This document shows, piece after piece, positions 63,701 through 64,000 of a DNA stretch of 64,000 nucleotides; positions within the stretch are counted from its first letter, which is position 1, and every line of letters starts with the position of its first letter. Position numbers and translations under genes: made by a program. The stretch is from Mobula hypostoma (taxonomy: Eukaryota), in the NCBI RefSeq assembly GCF_963921235.1, contig NC_086108.1, positions 7,626,001 to 7,690,000 on the forward strand. Direction: 5' to 3'. The notes below the pieces were generated by a model that saw nothing but the letters and a program-made list of their open reading frames with translations, was not told the DNA's origin and made no database searches.

Positions 63701-64000
63701 ACATAGAAACATAGAAACATAGAAAATAGGTGCAGGAGTAGGCCATTCGGCCCTTCGAGCCTGCACCGCCATTTATTATGATCATGGCTGATCATCCAAC
63801 TCAGAACCCCGCCTTCCCTCCATACCCCCTGACCCCTGTAGCCACAAGGGCCATATCTAACTCCCTCTTAAACATAGCCAATGAACTGGCCTCAACAGTT
63901 TGCTGAGGCAGAGAATTCCACAGATTCACCACTCTCTGTGTGAAGAAGTTTTTCTTAATCTCGGTCCTAAAAGGCTTCCCCTCTATCCTCAAACTGTGAC
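63701..64000 (-). mobile_element. 3' end of a young CR1 (same subfamily as 44364-47986), running off the window
   Basis: Reverse complement is near-identical to 47688-47986; (TTTCTATG)n tail. Confidence 0.95.

Overview
Repeat-dense vertebrate genomic DNA. The mix of CR1, Rex1/Babar, Penelope, V-SINE and Tc1 repeats suggests a cartilaginous fish, probably a ray (inference). The only host coding sequence I can support is one 103-nt minus-strand exon at 7108-7210. It encodes TVNFCHLKEALEVDWSSEKASSLKRTPSDYFLLQ, which matches SUMO-activating enzyme subunit 1 (SAE1), and the ORF track misses it. I found no neighbouring SAE1 exons, so the rest of the window appears intronic (upstream intron >56 kb). 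Almost all listed ORFs are transposon debris. Main observations: (1) a young esterase-ORF1 CR1 LINE (44364-47986) whose ORF1 ends on an in-frame U_UUA_AAC slippery heptamer, with an AUG-less ORF2 in the -1 frame, suggesting programmed -1 ribosomal frameshifting; (2) two distinct Penelope-derived minimal hammerhead ribozyme families, including a core-intact copy (29371-29412) on the SAE1 pre-mRNA strand; (3) a three-level CR1 > Tc1 > non-coding retroelement nest; (4) several young non-autonomous elements with clear target-site duplications (TSDs). Repeat boundaries are approximate unless a TSD or terminal inverted repeat (TIR) is quoted. Family names come from recalled motifs, not database searches.
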